From a virus (Duplodnaviria > Heunggongvirae > Uroviricota > Caudoviricetes): a stretch of DNA of 4,363 bases. Below, piece by piece: positions 1 through 4,363 of the stretch. Numbering within the stretch: the stretch's first letter is position 1; every line of letters begins with the position of its first letter. A program made the position numbers and the translations under genes. Location of the stretch: positions 1 to 4,363 of the IMG/VR virus record IMGVR_UViG_3300029417_000050; one strand, written 5' to 3'. Below the pieces are notes generated by a model, which did no database searches, had not been told where the DNA came from, and saw only the letters and a program-made list of their open reading frames with translations.

Positions 1-345
1 GTACTGACCGTTTTCGTCAGTGGTGCCGATGATATTGGAAACGGTCTGCGCGAGTTTCGCTTCCTCGTCGTCGCCGGTGCCGTCTTCCACACGCACGACA
101 ACGGTGACCGGTTTTGACTGGTCGGCGATGGCCTGCAACGATGCCGCCAGCGTGCCTTTTTTACCGGCCTTTGCAATTGCGCTCTGCACATTGGTAATCA
201 GCACCGGTTTATTGAGGGGGAAGGTTTCCGCATCCGCATCGCTGGCCGTGCAGACCATGCCGACAATGGCGGTGGATACGGTGGAAATGACGCGGGTGCC
301 GTCGTTAATCTCCAGCACCTGCACGCCGTGATGATAGTCACTCAT
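1..345 (-). CDS. FI: Phage tail sheath protein, N-terminal 115 codons (P2 gpFI-like); gene continues beyond window start
   Basis: Reverse-complement of 1..345 translates without stops from ATG at 345..343: [115 protein letters not shown]. From memory this matches the N-terminus of P2-type tail sheath proteins. GGAG lies about 8 nt upstream of the ATG (355..352 on minus strand). Absent from the ORF track because no stop falls inside the window. Confidence 0.8.
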   Translation of the reverse strand, partial: MSDYHHGVQVLEINDGTRVISTVSTAIVGMVCTASDADAETFPLNKPVLITNVQSAIAKAGKKGTLAASLQAIADQSKPVTVVVRVEDGTGDDEEAKLAQTVSNIIGTTDENGQY

Positions 346-404
346 CCGTTTAACTCCGTGGTTAATGGGTGAGTGATATTTTCAGTTGTGCCGGAGATGT
401 CAGG

Positions 405-998
405 CTATTTGTCCCGGTTGGCTAAGGGATGACACAATTTATTTTTTGTCACGGAGGCGGGGAATTTTTTATAGAGCGTGGACAGGCCAATATCAAAAAT
501 CAGTGCCACGCGTTGACGTGATTCCCCTGCAGCCAACAACCGCCCGGCCTGCTCCCACTCACTCGCGGTGAGTTTCGGACGTCTGCCACCAATACGACCT
601 TTAGCTCTGGCCGCTTCCAGTCCGGCGCGAGTCCGCTCGACAATGAGTTCTCGTTCCATTTCAGCCAGGGCACCCATCACATGAAAGAAAAAACGTCCCA
701 TCGGCGTGCTGGTATCAATGGCATCCGTCAGGCTGCGAAAATTAACGCCGCGTTCGCGCAGTTCCTCAACCAGAATGACCAGATGCCGCATACTACGCCC
801 CAGCCTGTCCAGCTTCCAGACCACCAGAGTGTCACCTGCTGATAATGTTCTGAGCAGTTTTTTCAGTCCCGGTCGGTCGGACTTCGTGCCGCTGATTTTA
901 TCCTCAAAAATCAGCTCACATCCTGCACACTCCAGCGCGTTACGCTGCAATTCCGTGTTCTGGTCATTTGTTGACACGCGCACATAGCCAATAAGCAT
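405..998 (-). CDS. Serine-recombinase DNA invertase (Gin/Pin/Cin/Hin family)
   Basis: Protein begins MLIGYVRVSTNDQNTELQRNAL (catalytic-serine 'VRVSTNDQ' motif of resolvase/invertase N-terminal domain), followed by GDTLVVWKLDRLGRS, MGRFFFHVMGALAEMERELIVERT and a C-terminal helix-turn-helix region (GRRPKL...ALIFDIGLSTLYKK). About 197 aa is the typical size for this family. Start is placed at ATG 998 because AGGGGG (1010..1005) sits 6 nt upstream; the ORF track's ATG at 1004 is directly adjacent to that motif. Stop TAG at 407..405. Confidence 0.93.
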   Translation of the reverse strand: MLIGYVRVSTNDQNTELQRNALECAGCELIFEDKISGTKSDRPGLKKLLRTLSAGDTLVVWKLDRLGRSMRHLVILVEELRERGVNFRSLTDAIDTSTPMGRFFFHVMGALAEMERELIVERTRAGLEAARAKGRIGGRRPKLTASEWEQAGRLLAAGESRQRVALIFDIGLSTLYKKFPASVTKNKLCHPLANRDK

Positions 999-1025
999 GA
1001 GCATCCCCCTGAATAAAAACCGGAG

Positions 1026-1400
1026 ATGATGCCAGTTGCCCGTTATCTCTGCATTTTCATAAACGTTGGTTTGGGAGAAGCGGCGAAAAGGAATGTGGGG
1101 ACTGGGGCGAATCAGATACCTGATATGTCATCATATGCATCAGGTTCAGGCTGGCGAAAAATGCCAGATGGTTCAATTGAACAGTGGGGAGGAATTCGTT
1201 TTCCTGGTGAACACGAGCCTGTATCCGCCAATGTTTCATTCCCAATTCCATTTACACAGACACCGGACATTATAATTGTGTTCGATGGTGGTTTCGGGGG
1301 CGGGAATATGTGGGGGGCGACCAACTGGAGCACTACCGGCTTCATAGCTCACTGCAATTATGGTCTTGAAGGTGGTGCGTTTTTCGCTAAGGGCTGGTAA
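1026..1400 (+). CDS. Silent alternative tail-fiber C-terminal cassette (Sv'-like); no own start, functional part begins at the crossover (about 1066/1080) and encodes 106 aa after the shared GLGE
   Basis: Frame is open from 1026 but the ATGATG at 1026 has GGAG directly abutting it with no spacer and sits in the site/invertase intergenic region. The frame passes through the crossover site encoding VGLGE in the same frame as LGLGE in the expressed fiber. Ends TAA 1398..1400, overlapping the next ATG (TAATG) of a tail-fiber assembly gene. Gly/Trp-rich C-terminus ([15 protein letters not shown]) is consistent with a fiber tip. Confidence 0.65.
   Translation: MMPVARYLCIFINVGLGEAAKRNVGTGANQIPDMSSYASGSGWRKMPDGSIEQWGGIRFPGEHEPVSANVSFPIPFTQTPDIIIVFDGGFGGGNMWGATNWSTTGFIAHCNYGLEGGAFFAKGW
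1054..1079. repeat. 26-bp invertase crossover site, invertase-proximal (gix/hix/pix-like)
   Basis: Sequence ttttcataaacg-tt-ggtttgggagaa. The right half ggtttgggagaa resembles the conserved GGTTTT-GATAA half-site of gix/hix sites as I recall them. The 15-bp ttggtttgggagaag (1066..1080) is a perfect inverted copy of 2903..2917. Lies 55 bp upstream of the invertase start, as in Mu/P1/e14. Confidence 0.72.
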
Positions 1401-1843
1401 TGATGAAATATCTGTACGTAAACAACCTGGCATATCCTTACGAACTTCAGTCTCTTTATGTTGAAAAAGGTGAATGGCCTGAAGAAAAAGGTGTTGATAT
1501 AGACGAAGTAATTTTCAGGGAATATTTCTATGATACACCACCAGAAGGAAAATACAGATGTGTCGGAGAGGATGGACTGCCTGCATGGGCAGATATTCCT
1601 CCACCAACACGTGAAGAACAAATTGCATCAGCCGAAACTAAAAAGCAGCAATTGATTAACCAGGCCAACGAATACATCAACAGTAAACAATGGCCAGGTA
1701 AAGCATCAATTGGTCGTCTGAAAGGTGAGGAACTGGCGCAATATAATTTGTGGCTGGATTATCTGGACGCACTGGAGCTGGTCGATACTTCCAGTGCACC
1801 AGATATTGAATGGCCTACTCCTCCGGCAGTTCAGGCCAGATGA
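1400..1843 (+). CDS. Tail fiber assembly protein (chaperone), cognate to the silent cassette (U'-like)
   Basis: 147 aa. C-terminus LWLDYLDALELVDTSSAPDIEWPTPP matches the conserved Tfa C-terminal motif, compare AVLDYIDAVTATDTSTAPDVIWPELP in the convergent gene. Start ATG overlaps the upstream stop (TAATG). Antisense to the late structural operon in this orientation. Confidence 0.85.
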   Translation: MMKYLYVNNLAYPYELQSLYVEKGEWPEEKGVDIDEVIFREYFYDTPPEGKYRCVGEDGLPAWADIPPPTREEQIASAETKKQQLINQANEYINSKQWPGKASIGRLKGEELAQYNLWLDYLDALELVDTSSAPDIEWPTPPAVQAR

Positions 1844-2417
1844 CATCCGGCGCGGTGCTGGTATCTGTTGCCGTCACCGCGTCAATGTAATCCAGCACGG
1901 CGTTAAGTCGGGTTGTTTCTGCCTGCGTCAACTTCCGTCCGGCCTGTAATTTCAGCTGAATCAGACTAATGGAAGCCATTGCTGCATTAATCAGTGACTG
2001 GCGCTGTGCTTCTGCCGCGTCTAGTGCGGCGCTATGCTGTGCCTCGGTATCCGTCACCCATTTCTCACCATCCCATTTATCGTATGGCGTTAATGGGGCG
2101 ATAGTGGTTGTATTTTCAGGGTAATCACCCGGAACTGTGATTTCTTTGGTATCTCCCGTTTCGGTACTATAGACAACTTCACCGCGATGGTCTGGCACAT
2201 ATTCCCATGAATTTAAATCTACAGAGCGACAGATTGCATAACCAGCTTTATGTGTACCTGGTGCATCCAGACAGGAACATGCCGGGATACCGACGCCGAC
2301 AGCGAGATATTCAGTTGATGTAGAAATATATTCCCGCGTTTCGCCATCATAGTTATGTACGATGATTTCCCCATCATTTAAAGCGTAACCGTCTTTTCCC
2401 AAAATAGCCTGTTCCAT
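1815..2417 (-). CDS. Tail fiber assembly protein (chaperone), cognate to the expressed fiber (Mu U / P2 G / lambda Tfa family)
   Basis: 200 aa. Conserved Tfa C-terminal motif RLNAVLDYIDAVTATDTSTAPDVIWPELPEE. ATG 2417..2415 immediately follows the fiber stop TAA 2420..2418 (TAAATG). Stop TAG 1817..1815. Confidence 0.88.
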   Translation of the reverse strand: MEQAILGKDGYALNDGEIIVHNYDGETREYISTSTEYLAVGVGIPACSCLDAPGTHKAGYAICRSVDLNSWEYVPDHRGEVVYSTETGDTKEITVPGDYPENTTTIAPLTPYDKWDGEKWVTDTEAQHSAALDAAEAQRQSLINAAMASISLIQLKLQAGRKLTQAETTRLNAVLDYIDAVTATDTSTAPDVIWPELPEE

Positions 2418-3743
2418 TTATGCAGCCCTCACAATGTAGTTAAATGCAATGTTTCGCGGGCTACCATCACCGGCGCCGGAACTGACATGATTGGTTCTAT
2501 CCATTCGTTTACTGTCATTTGTTGTTCCACTCCCATCCTTCCACGAATACAATATCCCGCCATCGCCAATGCTCAACTGCACCGCAAATACGGATGATGT
2601 ACCTAATTCACCAACATCTCTAGCCATGAGTGGGTTCCCTGTCCATCCATGCATTTCATGGTTATGTTCAAGGATAGATGCTGCCTGACTTGAAAGCAGC
2701 AGTCTCGCGGAATCAACACCTCGCCCATCATCCCACCCGCGAATAAACTCACCGCGCAAATCCGGTAATTTTAACTTTGGGTAAGCCTTTGCCAGTTTTG
2801 GGTACTCTTCGGCAGAAAAAGGTGCACCGTTGCATTTCAGCCAGCCTGTTGGTGGTGTGGCTGAAGGCCACGGAACAGGCACACCAACGGGTAACGCTGA
2901 GCCTTCTCCCAAACCAAGGTATGCGAGAAGACCGGCAACATCCTTTCCACTCAAATGAGTCAGCGTCTCATCCAGTGGCTGCTTACCTGACAGCGCATTG
3001 TTAATGGTGGTGCTGAATTTCGGGTCATTGTTAATGGCCGCGGCAATTTCTTTCAGTGTGTCCAGTGTGGCTGGCGCACCGTTAATCAGAGCGGTAATAG
3101 CGGCCTGTACAAACGCAGTGGTCGCAATCCGCGTGGTGTTATTTCCTGCGGCAGGCGTCGGCGCTTTTGGTTCTCCGGTAAATGTCGGATTATGTTTCTG
3201 TGCATACTGGGTATGAGGGTCCTGTGCGGCAATGTGTTTTCTCATCTGGTCATCCACATACAGCCTTAATTCCAGGACTTCATCATCCACGTATTTACGG
3301 GTCGCCAATACCACCGACGGGTCGATTTTCAGCGTAATAGCTTCGGTATTCGTGACAACCAGAATCATGCGGATAGTCTGGGTACGACCACTTCCTTCCT
3401 GCAACTGCGGTTTGTACGTTTCCGGGCAGTTCGCCACCGCAATGAGTACGCCTTCATCATCATAAAGCCCAATCTCACGGATCCAGAATCCGCCCTCGTT
3501 CTCAGGGATGATTTGCTCCGCAATAATCTGGCTCTGGTTGTTCGGGTCAACACTCAGAAGATTCAGCGGTGCAATGCGTTTCTGATTAATCAGTTTTGTC
3601 TGTGCCGGGTCTGGTGTCGGCAAGACACCATTCGCATCACCAACGGCCATTTGCGTCAGATTCAGCTTACTGCCGAGCATCGTCGCGTTAGCCAGGCGTG
3701 CTGCGCCCTGATTAGTCAGAATGGCGTAGTATTTCACTGTCAT
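2418..3743 (-). CDS. Phage tail fiber protein (P2 gpH-like constant N-terminus fused to the currently expressed variable C-terminus)
   Basis: 441 aa. N-terminal region (MTVKYYAILTNQGAARLA...MAVGDANGVLP...GGFWIREIGLYDDEGVLIAVAN...KPQLQEGSGRTQTIRMILVV) resembles the conserved N-terminal domain of P2 H-type fibers. C-terminal part contains WLKCNGAPFSAEEYPKLAKAY...LPDLRGEFIRGWDDGRGVD, a phage tail-collar-like motif. ATG 3743..3741 overlaps the stop of the upstream gene (ATGA). Confidence 0.92.
   Translation of the reverse strand: MTVKYYAILTNQGAARLANATMLGSKLNLTQMAVGDANGVLPTPDPAQTKLINQKRIAPLNLLSVDPNNQSQIIAEQIIPENEGGFWIREIGLYDDEGVLIAVANCPETYKPQLQEGSGRTQTIRMILVVTNTEAITLKIDPSVVLATRKYVDDEVLELRLYVDDQMRKHIAAQDPHTQYAQKHNPTFTGEPKAPTPAAGNNTTRIATTAFVQAAITALINGAPATLDTLKEIAAAINNDPKFSTTINNALSGKQPLDETLTHLSGKDVAGLLAYLGLGEGSALPVGVPVPWPSATPPTGWLKCNGAPFSAEEYPKLAKAYPKLKLPDLRGEFIRGWDDGRGVDSARLLLSSQAASILEHNHEMHGWTGNPLMARDVGELGTSSVFAVQLSIGDGGILYSWKDGSGTTNDSKRMDRTNHVSSGAGDGSPRNIAFNYIVRAA
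2904..2929. repeat. 26-bp invertase crossover site inside the tail-fiber gene (constant/variable junction, codons about 272-280)
   Basis: Plus strand ttctcccaaacc-aa-ggtatgcgagaa; its reverse complement ttctcgcatacc-tt-ggtttgggagaa shares the core tt plus the right half-site exactly with 1054..1079, and 7 of 12 positions in the other half. Encodes LLAYLGLGE in the fiber. Confidence 0.72.
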
Positions 3744-4351
3744 GCGTTTACTCTCAGGTTATCAATTAAATGAATGGCCGAGGCCGGGAAATAATCCCCT
3801 CCGACAATAATGGCCTCCGGGGTGTAGGGATAAACCGTCAGGGCGTCACCGTGATAGCATCCCGCACCGGCAAAAATGTTGCCGGTTGTACTTAAGCTGA
3901 TAGCCAGTCCCGTCAGATGGCGGCTTGCCGGTTTTGCATCAGCAACGAGGCGCTCCAGCTCCTGATACATTTCCTCGGTAATACCCTGCTCAAGCACACC
4001 AACAACGATGCGGAACGTCCCCGGCTCCTCGTTGAGTTGCCACCACTCCCTCACCTCAATCAGATAGCCGAGCGGCTCCACCACACGCCGGATTGCGCCT
4101 ATAGTGCCCTTATGGCAGTGAATGAAATACGCATCGCGGATAACAGCGCGTTTTGTCGCTTCCGGCCACTTATCATCCCAGCGGTCAACCGAAAATGACC
4201 ACGCCAGCCACGGCAGCAGATTTGCCGGACAGGTATCCGGGTTCCACAGTTCACGAATCCTGACCGGCGTTTTTTCAATTTCCGCACAGGCTTTTGCGGC
4301 GGCAACTTCAAGCGGTGATGAGCCGGTCGGCAGCAGTCGCGAATCACTCAT
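3740..4351 (-). CDS. Phage baseplate/tail protein (P2 gpI-like)
   Basis: 203-aa ORF directly upstream of, and translationally coupled to, the H-like fiber gene (ATGA overlap at 3743..3740), which is the position gpI holds in P2-like tail clusters. GGAGG (4360..4356 on minus strand) lies 4 nt upstream of ATG 4351..4349. Family assignment is from context and recalled similarity, not a search. Confidence 0.78.
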   Translation of the reverse strand: MSDSRLLPTGSSPLEVAAAKACAEIEKTPVRIRELWNPDTCPANLLPWLAWSFSVDRWDDKWPEATKRAVIRDAYFIHCHKGTIGAIRRVVEPLGYLIEVREWWQLNEEPGTFRIVVGVLEQGITEEMYQELERLVADAKPASRHLTGLAISLSTTGNIFAGAGCYHGDALTVYPYTPEAIIVGGDYFPASAIHLIDNLRVNA

Positions 4352-4363
4352 CCGAGCCTCCGG

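Larger units (their letters stand above)
1054..2929. other. Invertible DNA segment (G/C/P-segment-like) carrying two alternative fiber C-termini and two convergent chaperone genes
   Basis: Bounded by the two inverted crossover sites. Gene content and arrangement (Sv, U, then inverted U', Sv', then invertase outside) mirror the Mu G and e14 P invertible regions. Confidence 0.75.

Noticed and set aside
20-331. 103-aa plus-strand ORF (Ser/Thr/Pro-rich)
   Set aside because: Lies antisense to the tail sheath coding sequence, which has a clear, conserved N-terminus. Low-complexity translation and no ribosome-binding site; typical shadow ORF of a GC-rich gene.
346-470. P2-type late promoter dyad (TGT-N12-ACA) upstream of the sheath gene
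   Set aside because: Checked TGT positions at 387, 398, 410 and 447; none has ACA after a 12-nt spacer (410..434 has a 19-nt spacer). No promoter is claimed.
386-987. Plus-strand ORFs 386..571 and 706..987
   Set aside because: Both are antisense within the invertase gene, whose reading frame carries unmistakable serine-recombinase motifs.
1026-1028. ATGATG at 1026 as a genuine start for an independent 124-aa protein
   Set aside because: GGAG directly abuts the ATG with no spacer, it sits in the crossover-site region, and the frame matches the fiber frame across the site, which is the signature of a start-less alternative C-terminal cassette.
1057-1621. Overlapping minus and plus-strand ORFs (1057..1251, 1066..1275, 1112..1345, 1236..1433, 1358..1621)
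   Set aside because: All overlap the fiber cassette and chaperone frames, which have conserved motifs; translations are low-complexity with no coupling signals.
1725-1949. 74-aa plus-strand ORF spanning the chaperone junction
   Set aside because: Out of frame with both convergent chaperone genes and with no start signal; the region is already doubly coding.
2418-2520. HNHEMHGW near the fiber C-terminus as an HNH nuclease motif
   Set aside because: Isolated His-rich stretch within a fiber tip without the surrounding beta-beta-alpha-metal architecture or spacing of HNH endonucleases; more plausibly a structural or metal site of the tip.
2491-3773. Plus-strand ORFs inside the tail-fiber gene (2491..2688, 2777..3004, 2998..3216, 3232..3465, 3513..3773) and minus-strand 3365..3553
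   Set aside because: Antisense or alternate-frame shadows of the 441-aa fiber gene.
3917-4347. ORFs 3917..4198 (+) and 4099..4347 (-, Arg-rich)
   Set aside because: Embedded in the gpI-like gene in other frames; the Arg/Cys-rich translation is typical of an off-frame read of GC-rich coding DNA.
1-4363. CRISPR arrays, tRNA/rRNA genes, insertion-sequence ends
   Set aside because: No direct-repeat/spacer periodicity, no tRNA-like cloverleaf candidates noticed, and essentially all sequence is accounted for by tail genes and the inversion switch.

Overview
This window reads as the tail-fiber region of a P2-like (Myoviridae-type) prophage from an enterobacterium, almost entirely coding, with the structural genes on the minus strand. 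In minus-strand order: a short partial end of an upstream gene at the right edge, a gpI-like baseplate protein (4351..3740), a 441-aa tail fiber (3743..2418), and its tail-fiber assembly chaperone (2417..1815). Then come, in inverted orientation on the plus strand, a second chaperone (1400..1843) and a start-less alternative tail-fiber C-terminal cassette (ending 1400). Next are a Gin/Pin/Cin/Hin-family serine DNA invertase (998..405) and the first 115 codons of a tail sheath protein (345..1, running off the window; not in the ORF track because it has no in-window stop). Two 26-bp gix/hix-like crossover sites (1054..1079 and 2904..2929, sharing a perfect 15-bp inverted core) bracket a roughly 1.9-kb invertible segment. 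One lies just upstream of the invertase and one inside the tail-fiber gene at codon 280, in the same reading frame. The window therefore holds a complete site-specific inversion switch that would exchange the fiber's receptor-binding C-terminus and its cognate chaperone. This is a known class of system (Mu G segment, P1 C segment, e14 P region); I see no room for an additional unrelated system. All calls rest on reading the translations and on recall of protein families; no database search was run.
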